DNA from: Macrostomum hystrix
Lineage: Eukaryota; Animalia; Platyhelminthes
Reading direction: 5' to 3'
Length of the DNA: 64,000 nt
Assembly (NCBI GenBank): GCA_950097015.1
Contig: CATNEN010000005.1
Span: forward strand, 1,612,001 to 1,676,000
How positions within the stretch are numbered: position 1 is the stretch's first letter; the number at the start of each line of letters is the position of its first letter. A program made the position numbers and the translations under genes. Below the pieces are notes generated by a model. The model searched no databases. It had not been told where the DNA came from and saw only the letters and a list, made by a program, of their open reading frames with translations. This document shows, in pieces, positions 1 to 11,508 of this stretch.

Positions 1-184
1 TTATGGACTCTCAAAGGGGCAATTTGCTAAGGATTATAATCAATGGGATAATTTAATGGGGACTACTATAAACGGAATAATTTATAAGGGATTTTTACGA
101 ATGGGGAAATTTACTAGGGATAAATTTCGATATAACAATTGACTGCGGCATAACTAAGTAGAATAAAATTTAATCATTCCCCAC

Positions 185-1099
185 CTTAAAATTATCCTCC
201 TTATCAATGTACTCGTCCGAAAAAGCCGCAGCCGCTCCAAAGACGGCCACTTTACCGCCGCCGCCGCCGCCGCCGCCGCTGCCGACGTTGCTAACGGCGC
301 CAGATCTGCCGGCAGTTGGCGGAGGCGCCGACGCGGCACCGGAAACTGCGAATGCGCACACCGGCCTATTAAGCGGAAAAGCCACACTGCCAGTGCTCAG
401 CACAGCCACGGCTGGCTTGGCCACATTCAGCGTGGCGCCGTACGGATAGACAAAGTGCAGAGCCGACTTGTGGGCCGAACTGGTGTCGCCGCCGCCGCCG
501 CCGCCGCTTAAGCCGCCAATGACTGGCAGTAGAGTCTTACCGGCCGCTTCGCTGATGGCTCTATTGAGTACACCGTTGGGTACATAGCACTCTTTAGGAT
601 GAAAGTACTTATAGTAGGCCGTGCGCACAACACAGTCGCTATTCACAGAGATGCCCATCTCTTCTAGAAAGAAGTTCACGTTAGTATCGTAGCGAGACTC
701 TCCGCCTTCGCCCATGAGAACCAGAATGCTGCCACCCTTGGCTAGATAGGCTTTCATTGCGTCAAACTCCGACACTGAAAATTTCTCATTCGGCAGAGCG
801 ACCAGAAAAATTCTGGCCTCGTTAAGGCGCGCCTCCGTGACTTCGTCTTTTAGGCTAACAATTTTCCAAGACGATTTCAACTTTCTTGTCAGAGTTTTGA
901 AGCCGTAGCTTGGGCCAAAGGCGTCATGCTTTGTGGCGTTGATCAATAGGACATTGCTACCGACAGGACCAGTTGCCGGGGCGTCCGTATCTCGGCTACC
1001 ATTCATAGCTGCAGCAGATTCTATTGGAGCTGGCATTTTTACACTGTGAGTTGTCCGCGTTGATTTGCTCAAATCTGGAATGGTTTTATTGCGAAACAT
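185..1099 (-). CDS. IFT52: Intraflagellar transport protein 52, first large coding exon; gene continues left of the window. Start is the ATG at 1099 or at 1036.
   Basis: Translation has IFT52 GIFT-domain motifs: KLKSSWKIVSLKDE, LMGEGGESRYDTNVNFFLEE, YYKYFHPKE, FVYPYGATLNVAKPAVAVLSTGSVAFPLNRP, FSDEYIDKEDN. The exon ends at an AAG|GTGGGG donor (184/183). Confidence 0.95.
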
Positions 1100-1793
1100 A
1101 GCAAATAGTCGCATTGCAATTAGTTAAATGACATCTGCAGCCGACAGCACAGCCGCAGCCTTCTATTTAAGTGTCTTGCTAAAGGATACTAATTGGTCCA
1201 GTGGGGTGGGGAATCGAACCCCCGACCCCCGACCATAATAAAGATAATGAATGTCAAGAACTGACAATAAAAATTAAAAGTACAGCTTTTAACGGATTGA
1301 TAAAACGTAAGCAACAAAAATAAAGTGTCGTTATAAAGTACACTAAAACTGCTTCTTTCGTGTTGAGATTCGAACTCGCGACGGCTCAATTGGAAATTGA
1401 GACAACGCTATTTTCCCAGGTGAAACACCACGGGGAGGTATTTCAAATACCCACTGCCTAATTCACGATAGCTCCCAAACCGAATGATCGATGTACGTGA
1501 ATGTCCACCATTTCGAATAAAAAAATTCATTCTTTTTGTTTCATTTGGGGCGGTATTCGGGCCTAGACAAAAACGAGATCTTAGTGTCTTAGAAACCAAA
1601 CATTTAAACTAATAATATCAAGTCACGAGTCGAAATGAATTTAGCTTTACTCAAAATGCTGCTTTGTTGAAAGCCAATTCTTTATTAAAAGCAAATTTTA
1701 GACAAAAAGACAATGTATAAAGTTGCATATTTGATTTAAAGGAAAAATTCACACAAAATGAAACAATGAAGTAATGAATCTCTTAACAAAGAT

Positions 1794-1946
1794 TCAACAT
1801 TTTCCGCTATCAAACAGCTCCAAGAAAGCTGTGTACTTTGGTCTCAGTTCCGCCTTAGCCGGCACAATATGACCGGCAGGGTGACCAAGAAATGACAAAT
1901 GAACAAATAGAGATAGCATTGATTCAGTCAGCTCTCTGGATATCAC
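1794..1946 (-). CDS. OVCA2: OVCA2/FSH1 serine hydrolase, exon 2 (catalytic His)
   Basis: Acceptor ttcccgcag|GTG at 1947/1946. Reads VISRELTESM...GHPAGHIVPAK...stop and is in phase 0 with exon 1 (GEVDQ|VISRE). Confidence 0.85.
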   Translation of the reverse strand: MISRELTESMLSLFVHLSFLGHPAGHIVPAKAELRPKYTAFLELFDSGKC

Positions 1947-1984
1947 CTGCGGGAAATGATCGGGGTGCGGCGTTAGCACACTTA

Positions 1985-3010
1985 TTTAAATTGGAAATAG
2001 TCTTCCCAAATGTCACTCTTTCCTGATGTCACTCGATCCTAATGCCACTCTACCCCAATTTCACTCGATCCAAATGTCAGTCTATCCAAATTTCACTCGA
2101 TCCAAATGCCGCTCTATCCTAATGTCACTCTACCCTAATGTCACTCTATCCTAATGTCACTCTATTCTAATGCCACTCTACCCTAATGTCACTCTACCCT
2201 AATGTCACTCGATCCTAATGCCACTCTTTTCGAATGTCACTTTATCCTAATGTTACTCTATCCTAATGCCACTCTACCCTAATGTCACTCTTTCCTAATG
2301 TCACTCTACCCTAATACCACTCTATCCTAATGTCACTCTATCCCAAAGTCACTCTATCCCAATGTCACTCTATCCTAATGTCACTCTATCCTAATGTCAC
2401 TCTATCCTAATGTCACTCTATCCTAATGTCACTCTATCGCAAAGTCACTCTATACTAATGTCACTCTATCCTAATGTCACTCGATCCTAATGCCACTCTT
2501 TTCGAATGTCACTTTATCCTAATGTTACTCTATCCTGATGTCACTCTATCCTAATGCCACTCTACCCTAATGTCACTCTCCCAATGCCACTCTACCCTAA
2601 TGCCACTCTTTCCTAATGTCACTCTACCCTAATGCCACTCTATCCCAATGTCACTCTATCCTAATGTCACTGTATCCTAATGTCACTCCTAATGTATCTT
2701 AATATCCTAATGTCTATCCTAATGTCTATCCTAATGTCATTCTATCCCAATGTCACTCTATCCCAATGTCACTCTCCCAATGTCACCCTCCCAATGTCAC
2801 TCTATCCCAATGCCACTCTATCCCAATGTCACTCTATCTTAATGTCACTGTATCCTAATGTCACTGTATCCTAATGTCACTCCTAATGTATCTTAATATC
2901 CTAATGTCTATCCTAATGTCTATCCTAATGTCACTCTCCCAATGTCACTCTATACTAATGTCACTCTATCCTAATGTCACTCTCCCAATGTCACTCTATC
3001 CCAATGTCAC
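1985..3010. repeat. 16-bp minisatellite (CCTAATGTCACTCTAT)n filling the OVCA2 intron
   Basis: Tandem degenerate copies are visible directly in the sequence. Confidence 0.95.
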
Positions 3011-3014
3011 TCAC

Positions 3015-3569
3015 CTGATCAACTTCGCCGCTAACCACCATGCACGGCGTATTCAATTGTTTGACATAGTAGTCCTCGTGACTTAGGCAGGGACTTTTAA
3101 ACGGAGCAAACAATATGCCGAATTTCGGCAAGAACTTTGCTTGAATGTCCTCCAGGTGACGCAATACAAGAAATGCCATAGCCGCGCCCTGACTAAAGCC
3201 TAGCAGGCCGTCGTAGGCGCATTTCTGCAACTGTTTCACAACAACCTCCATAGATTCGTCCAGCCCGTGCTGCCAGTCGCTTTTCTCCGTGGCATTAAAT
3301 TCGCCGCCGCGCTTCGAAAACCACCAGGCCCGCTCGGTTATATTAGCCGCTCCGTTTAGGCATGGGAATCCGCTATTGTTACTAGCTTCGACTGTGCTCA
3401 GATTAACATCAGCAGCCGATGGCGTCTGAACAGCGTGCGGAGCGTCGATAAAATCAAAGTGAACAGATTTGCCGGAGCTTAAACGTTTTATTAGTTTACG
3501 AAATGCGCCGGTTTTCTGGCGAAACGAGGCGCCTGTCTGACGGTAGCCGTGTAGGCACAGGATTCTCAT
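3015..3569 (-). CDS. OVCA2: OVCA2/FSH1 serine hydrolase, exon 1
   Basis: MRILCLHGYRQ start, F.DAPH, AWWF, GLLGFSQGA nucleophile elbow and GEVD catalytic Asp. Donor CAG|GTGAGT at 3014. Confidence 0.9.
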
Positions 3570-3669
3570 GCTGTCTGTGTCGCCCGCTGTAGACTTCGCC
3601 TCTGCTACCGATGTTGGCGACGAATGCGATGATTCTTGCGTTGCTGACTGGAATGCAGATGAGTTCAGT

Positions 3670-4140
3670 TTGAGATTAGATAAGACAAAAATAGATGAGA
3701 TTAGATAAGACAGATAGATAAGATTAGATAAGACAGATAGATGAGATTAAATAAGACAGATTGATGAGATTAGATGAGACAGATAGATGAGATTAGATGA
3801 GACAGATAGATGAGATTAGATGAGACAGATAGATGAGATTAGATGAGACAGATAGATGAGATTAGATGAGACAGATAGATAAGATTAGATAAGACAAATA
3901 GATGAGATTAGATAAGACAGATGAGATTAGATGAGGCAAATAGATAAAATTGAGATTAGATGAGACATATAGGCAAGTTTGAGATTAGATGAGATGGATA
4001 TATAAATGTGATATATGAAATATATAGATGAATTTGAAATTCTATCAGACAGATAAACAAATTTTAGATTAGACGAGAAAAATAGATTTAGGTGTGAGAC
4101 TAGAGGAGATATTAAAGTATATATAATTCAAGATAGAAAT
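3670..4140. repeat. ~23-bp degenerate repeat (GATGAGATTAGATGAGACAGATA)n
   Basis: Tandem copies are visible and decay toward the right. Confidence 0.85.
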
Positions 4141-5194
4141 GAGTGACTTGTGAGCGTAATGAAGTGTCTGAACCAGTGAAATTTTGCTAGAAAAAAATTG
4201 TCCAACAAAAAACGCGCTTTTTTAGAATACGATTGTCAATGACACTTTATTAAATTGCTAAAAATAATAATAGCTAGGTCTAGCTTAGCCATAAACTGTC
4301 ACTTAGTCCATCAAAATTTATGGAACTATCGTGTGTTAAATGCAAGCACTCATAATTTTGTATAAACGGCCTTTATATCTTTTAGAAAGATAAATAGAAG
4401 CATAGGCATCATTGTGTATTACTTCTCTTGTTGAAACTTATACGGCACACGAGTTTATACCGTAAAAGTACATTTCGTCTATTCTAATCCGAGAATGTGT
4501 GCACTAACACTATTTTAATACTAGCCTAGTGTAGAGACAAAAAGAGACCCAGTTTGTATTTATTAATACAATCGATTGTGAACTCAATGGCTTTTCCATT
4601 TAGATAGTTCAGTTGCTCGGCATTATTACTAATTATTTATCTAGGCGGTTGTGAATATAACATATACCCTGATGGTATTGTATTAGACTTAGACGTGGAA
4701 TACACAGGAAGGTTAAGAGAAATGGAATAGATAAATTTGGCAAAACATGGCAACTGAGTCTAATGTTGAGTGCGATTATAGCTTTTAATTATTCTTTAAT
4801 AGAAACGATATTTCATACTGAGATTAGGCTAATGTCAGACACATATTAGACTATGAGATTAGACATTGTTACTAGACGAGACATTGAGTTTAGACTATGG
4901 GATTAGGCACTGACATTATACCCTATTTATCTCAAACTAGCCGGTTTGTTGAACAAAATACCCCCCCTGAAAGTATGCAAATTTTGTTACCTAAACTAAG
5001 CGAAAATGTGTGACCAAAAATTAACAAAAAGTCTTCACCAGTCCAAGACCAATGAGAACAGGGATAGATTGTGAGAACACCTGCCCCAATCAAGAGCAAC
5101 CAACTCTTAGAAATATAATTGCATCGGAGGCAACGTGCAAACAATCGTGCACAACTTTAACGCTTAGATAGGTTTAAAATTTTTGCAAATTGAA

Positions 5195-5882
5195 ATGGAA
5201 ATCAAAATCAACAACTTGACTTATAAATTTACTGACAGACCAACGGAACTATTAGAGAAGTGTGAGGCTTTGATGAATGATTCAGCTCAAAGCCAGTCTG
5301 CAAGCCAAGATCTGATGTGTACAACTGCAACTCTACTAGGAGCAATCTACGCCTACGCATTTCCAGTGTTGCTAGCTGTTGGCTTCGTTGGCAACGTTTT
5401 GACCATAGTCGTGCTAGGATTTAAAAGCGTAATTGTGACTCGGCATAACATCTATCTATGCGGAGTTGCGTTTGCAGATAGTCTGCACCTAATATTTGTC
5501 GGCTTCGGTTGGCTATTTCTGGCTAAAGGATTGCCATGGGCAACAAAAGGTAGCTACTACGTCTACCTGATGAACTTCGGAGTGTGGCCGTGTCGCCTAT
5601 ATAGATTCTGTGCTGGCTTAGCTAGCATCTACGCATACAATGCATTCCTGTTGGTGGCCGCTAACCGATGCCTAACCATGTACTTTCCGTTTCGATTCGT
5701 CAACAATGGCAATAAGACTGCGATTAGGCTGACCGCGGCCACGCTGCTAATTAGTGCGCTAACCGCTTTGCCATTTATCATTATGATGGGCTATGTCACT
5801 GTGCCAAGCGAGGGCATTGTTTTCTGCTGGCTGACCGATACTAGTGAAGCCTTTCAGCTCTACGATGCACTCTATGTCAAGG
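5195..5882 (+). CDS. Rhodopsin-like (class A) orphan GPCR, exon 1 (TM1 to start of TM5)
   Basis: GFVGNVLT (TM1), NIYLCGVAFADSL (TM2), WPCRLYRF...AANRCLTMYFPFR (TM3), TM4, and FCW in ECL2. Donor AAG G|GTGAGT at 5883. Confidence 0.85.
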
Positions 5883-6486
5883 GTGAGTCGCTTGAATATA
5901 GATTATACAGTTTATTGACAATACACCGCAACTGCTTTGAAAGGACTCCAAATGTTTCTAATGGGATGAGGTTCGAACTCTCGACGTATCGGCTAGTTGC
6001 AAGCGATATCATAGTAGAAATACTTCGAGGGGGTATTTCAAATAGCCAAAATTTTCTGTTCTTTTTCTGTATCTCCCAAAATATTGTTGACTGTATAGTT
6101 AATTATTATATTTTTGAACATATATATATACTCACACACTGAGGTTTATAAATGATCTTTTTTAGCTATCCTTTTTACGACAGTAATTGACAATAACCGC
6201 TGAATATCTCGAGGGTGCCGACTCGGACGGATTTGAAAGTTAGTTCATTGTAAAGGGAGGAAAATTGTGATCTTATATATGGTGGAATTTCAAGAAAATC
6301 GGCTATCGGCTGGTTTGGGAGCTAACATGAAGTAGGAAGTGGGTATTTGAAATACCTTCTGGTCTTTATAATGTTCAATATGTATATAGGGAAAAATAAT
6401 TTTGACATGCACAGCATAAACAAACGAAGGCAATGGTTTAAACCATGCAAAAACATTTAATTTATGATAGTTTAATCATCTGACAG

Positions 6487-6911
6487 GTATCGCTCAACTG
6501 TTTCTAATCTTCGTCATAAATCTAGCGCTGCTAGTGAAGATAGCGCAAATATCAAGAAAGCATAAACGTTTGCTGAATAATAACAGCAGCAACAGCAGCG
6601 GCATCAGGACGACGGTTCCAAGGCAACTGGACACAGAGGAGATAAAAGCCACGCTGGCTGTGGTGGTGCTGTCTGTTCTAGTTCTACTGTTTGCAGTGCC
6701 AGCTGCTAGCCTAGGCCTAGTAAGCTACATTATAGTCTATCACAGAGTCAATTTTAATAGTCTAGAACTGCAACTATTGTGGAACTGGTTAGATATCAGC
6801 CTGTTCTTGGTGTTCCTAGAGCAGGCAACTAAATGGATTGTCTACGTTATACAGAATCGATCATTTAGAAGCAAGCTGATCATCTATCTGACGTATCGCA
6901 GGAGAAGCTAA
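6487..6911 (+). CDS. Rhodopsin-like orphan GPCR, exon 2 (TM5-TM7 and helix 8)
   Basis: Acceptor tgacag|GT at 6486/6487, phase 1, matching exon 1. Reads GIAQLFLIFVINLALLVKI...EIKATLAVVVLSVLVLLFAVP...WIVYVIQNRSFR. Confidence 0.85.
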
Positions 6912-7846
6912 CTATTTTTTAGGACTGAAACGTGTCATTGTTTGTAAAACTTATTTGTACTTCTTCATTCATGTATACAATTATCAAGCCATTTTCATTA
7001 AACTGCGAAACATTTCTGGTAGGACAATTCAAAAACTGTTTATTTCTGTAGTTTAAATTTACTTTCTAACAATCGCATACTTTTCCTTCACCATTTAAAT
7101 TCATCATATAAAACATTCTGCGCGCGATAAAAATTGCTTAACTACTAACAGTAGTGATACTAGTATAAGTAGTTTTTAGACATTTTGCTTTACAATTATT
7201 TATGATTTTGGCAAATTAACACTGTAACAAGAAAATTATACAGCAAAATTTTCTTACCATTCACAAAAGTGATATTGCTTTAAAAATGCATTAAACTTAT
7301 GTTGTCAATGCAATACTTTCTGTGTGCAACAAAAAGTAGTTACATAAAGATAGAAGATATGAATCAGGAAAGACACTAGAAACTAATTCTAATCTAGAAG
7401 TCCTTGAGCAAGATCTGGACTTTGGACAGGAGCTTGCTGATGCTTTTAATAAACCATAGCAAGATATTATTTCTACTTTTTATGAGAAGCTTCACAAACT
7501 GAAGAGTAAATTAGGAATTATGCAATAATACTGTCAAATTAGTATAAATATCTTACCAGAAAACAACAGAAAATACTTAAAATAAATTTGAAAATTATTG
7601 ATTATAACATAATGTTATCAATTATGGTTAAAGTAAGGAAACAATGTCTTCAATAAACCATAATTTAAATACTAATGTGCTTCATTACTTTTTTACATAT
7701 TTATACAACAAAATCAAACATAAGGTAAAATACACTTTTTAAGGCACTATGAAACAGCCACTAAAGAGACTCATTTTATGATGAAGAGCAAGCTGAAGCC
7801 TTTGTTGCCAAGTGCTTGCCAGAAATTCTTTTTGATCTGTGGAGCC

Positions 7847-8890
7847 ATGGATTTCACTCAAAAACAGCACAGCATTACTTGGCCTACACCCTCTGTCATA
7901 TGAGGTTGAATGGTGCTGAAATTCTGACTCAACTGAGCACAATTCATGGGCCTAAAGCAGTATCCAGGAGCACTTTAAGCTGGGGTGTATGGATATGGCA
8001 GATTTGCCAAGGTCTGGACAACCTCCAGCGTGTGCTGGCTTACCAAAAGCTCTGGGTGATTAAATCCTTGACCTTATAGAAACCAATGCTTAATTGACAA
8101 TCCACAAGATTGCCGACTATTGGACACACCAAAGTCAACTGTCCATCTCTGCTTTCAAAACATGGATCTGGTCAAGCTGAGTGCTCAGTGGTTTCAAGGA
8201 TTCTTACCTCTGACATGAAGATGTAGCAAGAGCAGACCTGCCAGGGCAATCTGATGCTGGTTGATCAACATAGAGGATAGAGCTCTACCCATTCTGTGGT
8301 GGTCACTGGAGACAAAACTTGGGTCCCCTACTTCGACCCTTTGACCAAGAATGAGTCCAAGACTGCAGACAATGAAAGATTCTGACCCACCCAACAATAC
8401 CCATTGCCAGAAGGTGATGCTGTTGCTCTTTTTTTACTGTCATGGGCCACTGACAATTGACTTCCTGTCCATTCAGGCCAAATGCCACTGTCTGTTCGAT
8501 GGCTACATTGATTTGCTAAAGAAGCTGAAGGATATCCCAAACAAGTGGAGAACTCCAATGGAGCCAATGCTACTTCATCATGACAATGCTTGGCCTTACA
8601 CTGCACAAAAAACATGCAAAGCAATAAAAACCCAATTCAACCTCTTGCCTCACCTACTGTATTCACCAGACCTGGCACCAGCTGATTTTGCCATCTTTCC
8701 GAGGCTCAATCAGCTTTTGAGGGGCAAAGTTCATGCCAACAATGACTACCTTGAGCAAGAAGTATGATGGGTTCTTGTCCTCAAAATGCCAAGGCAGGCA
8801 TATACAGATACCATTGATGGCATGCTTACCCAGTGAAAGAAGTGCATCCAACTGAAAGGTGACTTTGTTGAGAAGGTTTCAGTTGCCACT
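7847..8890 (+). pseudogene. Decayed mariner (D,D34D-type) transposase
   Basis: Frameshifted pieces: HTH region (AEILTQL..HGPKAVSRST), DLPRSGQP, VVTGDKTWV, LHHDNA, YSPDLAPADF, GDFVEK. A TIR-like end (..CACATCCCTTGTA) lies at ~9120-9156; no matching left TIR was seen. Confidence 0.85.
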
Positions 8891-9689
8891 GAGGATGACA
8901 TCAGATTTTTTTTAAGATAGCTGATCTTCTGTTTCCTTTTGTTCTATATGTCATTCTTGCTTATGTATTTAGATGCAGTACCCCACTGCAGTTAAGGAGG
9001 CATAAATTTTGAACAGTTAGTGATATTTTCAGAATTTTTTTTGTGTGTCATTTGTAAATAAAGCCACTATAAAATAATTTTGTTGTTGTTACTCTTGCAA
9101 GCTGTTGAAAAGAGTTATGTCAAAAAGTCCTGCGACCTTTTGCACATCCCTTGTATTAAGGTTCAAAAGTTCTAGCCTTAAACATTTAAGCCTCAGCCTC
9201 AAACATGTACATTTTATCAGGCACCTGAATATTGAATGGTGGAACGAAGTAAAGCAGTATTTGCTTAGAAAATGCACTGACACCCCATACTTTTGTCTCA
9301 CAATCCCTTGTCATTAAGACTCTTTGCTTTTGTCTTGTGGTCTCCTCCTATTAAGACACAAAATTACATAGCAATGGTGTTGTTACAAATTTTAACCAAT
9401 AGTCAATACCAATGATGCACATTTAGCTGCTTGTCATGTCCAAAGCCATTGCATCAGGCCCTAAAACTCAAAATTCCAATGAACCCTTCATTATATAAAT
9501 ATTAAAAAAGCATAAATATTGGTTCATGTACATTGTTGAGTCATTGGTGAAAAATGTGACATTAGCACAACTTGTATTATTATTTGTGTCAATTGTTCAT
9601 TGTTTGGTAGTCTTCGAATTTTCAGTGAAAATGGTAATGTGTTATGGTCTTAGTATATAAAAACTATATAGGCCTATCACTACAGAGAC

Positions 9690-10020
9690 AAGAATGGGTT
9701 TAATTAAAGTTTGAAAGTATATGCAAAGGCAAGAATTCCAAGGAGAGGGCTGTTAAATAATATTAGTTTACAATCGCAGGCTATAGCATATAAATATAGC
9801 GGCTATAATGCTTTGAGTTATCTCTTGTGTACTTCAGTGGACAACAGATTTTTGTCATCGGCAGGCTATTTTTGTAAATGATGCTACAATACTTTGTACA
9901 CAAAATATTTTATAGGCTATAGCCTGCGATTGTAATTGTAAACTAATATTTATTTAACAGCCCTCTCCTTGGAATTCTTGACTTTGCCTACATTTTCAAA
10001 CTTTATTTAAACCCATTCTT
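9690..10020. mobile_element. MITE-like element with ~100-bp terminal inverted repeats
   Basis: AAGAATGGGTTT...GAATTCCAAGGAGAGGGCTGTTAAATA...ATCGCAGGCTATAGC (9690-9787) is the reverse complement of 9916-10020, apart from small indels. Confidence 0.8.
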
Positions 10021-10419
10021 TGTACACAAAATTATACAGCCACATGTAATTTGTTTAAGAGCTCAGTAAAGTATATCTAAGAACGCAGTCTCAGCTAAGC
10101 TCCGAATGTCCTTTGTAAATGTTTTAACCTTTTTTAAATAATCTTTCGTAGAACAACCTATGGAATGTACGGTTCATTTGTATTGACTTCAATTATTTTA
10201 ACAAGTAATAATACAAACTATGCTAAAATTGTTAGTTAAGAACAAGTTTGTTAGTAAATTATTTTTAAATGTTCTATTTACTAATCTGAAGAGTACTTTT
10301 CGACAAGCTAAATGAAAAAAGTACGACATTACGGCGAAAGGCCCTTTTGTTTAAGAGATAGAATGACAGCAAAACTTTATGCCACATTGCGCCTATATTT
10401 AAACTAACAAAAGAGCGCA

Positions 10420-10574
10420 GGGTGGATGGGCCTCGAGGGAGATGCAAAAAGTGGCGCGAGCGAGTATAAGCTTAGCAAGCCGGCTGGCTGGGTGCACCAA
10501 CGCCACCTCAACGACTGAGGTTGAGGGGTTTACTTTCGGCTGCACTGGCTCTGGCCAGTCGCGTGTTGATTTTT
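10420..10574 (+). ncRNA. Candidate unknown Pol III-type small RNA (speculative)
   Basis: GC-rich ~155-nt island in AT-rich DNA. TATATTTAAA at 10394-10403, T5 run at 10570-10574, hairpin CCTCAAC/GTTGAGG at 10506-10526. No known family was recognised. Confidence 0.2.
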
Positions 10575-11313
10575 GAAATACCCTCGTGCATGGTCTTTTA
10601 CCAGGCAGAAAAAAAATTGCGTGCTCTCTCTAATGTTATGGATGCAAGTCAAATTTATGAAAAGTTTTACCTCGGAGCATAATAAAAAAGAGTTTCAACG
10701 ACATAACTGGTTGAGCAACGAAATAGACGTTACAATACAAAAAGGAAGGACTATATGCATGGCGAGAGAGACCTTCACGAGCGAGACTAATGCATGCTAC
10801 ATTGTAGCGACAATAATGGACGCAGCTCAAATTGAGGCCCTTTTTGCTCAGAAGTATTCCAATTAAAAGGATATTGCAAGGCAAAAACTCTGCCTCTCTT
10901 AGGCTGGCAAACTAAGTTTTTTAGTCGTGTTTAGACAACGAAATATATTCCAATAGATATTCTAAGGGAGGTATTTTATCTGGCTATCCTGGCTCATCAC
11001 TCTTGAACTAAGGCCGCACATTTTCGTCTCCGACTCGTCGATTGTCTAGATAGAAAACTTAAATTGAAATTCTCATTTTACTTCGACACGGGCCAGCTGC
11101 GGCCCTCAAAAGTCTAATGAGACAATGTCAGAATTTGCTAGTCTTTTATCGCACACACTTAATATAAGTCTAATTGAGCTGAAACAATAGCAATCAGAAA
11201 TGGAGGGCATTGAAGCATATTTTCCGTTTTTTTACCAAAATCCTGCAGTCTTTTGTACTGCTATATTCAACTAGAAATTAATGGTCACACGTACTCTTTA
11301 AACCCATTGGCAC

Positions 11314-11323
11314 TATATATAAA
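11314..11323 (+). promoter_or_regulatory. Probable TATA box of the lysozyme-like/VWA gene; likely 69-nt 5'UTR intron at 11426-11494
   Basis: TATATATAAA about 190 bp upstream of the ATG at 11509. Donor CAG|GTGAGA at 11426 and acceptor ccccctcgcag| at 11494. Confidence 0.45.
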
Positions 11324-11508
11324 CGAAACAATTTCGTAGGTAAGTTTGCAACAATATTTAATTTCCGTCTTGTTGGTAGTTATACGGAACTTATCGATAC
11401 AATTTGTGCGCTAATATAATTTCAGGTGAGATTTTGTTCCTTCAATTGGTGTTAAAGCTTTTGAAACAACAATCAAGTCGCCACCCCCTCGCAGGAACGA
11501 CGTCGAAA

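Noticed and set aside
1190-1400. tRNA-like B-box fragments (GGTTCGATTCCCC, GAGTTCGAATCTC; another at ~5965-6000)
   Set aside because: No cloverleaf, A-box or acceptor stem could be built; probably SINE remnants.
1985-3010. Common origin of the intronic 16-mer and the large 16-bp satellite
   Set aside because: Same period, but they share only CCTA(A)TG; not enough similarity.
3570-3690. In-frame Ser/Thr/Ala-rich extension upstream of the OVCA2 ATG (possible fusion to an upstream domain)
   Set aside because: No upstream ATG or partner exon was identified, and the frame runs into a simple repeat.
7816-8851. Mariner as an active or domesticated transposase
   Set aside because: Multiple frameshifts and stops, a damaged catalytic region, and no TIR pair.
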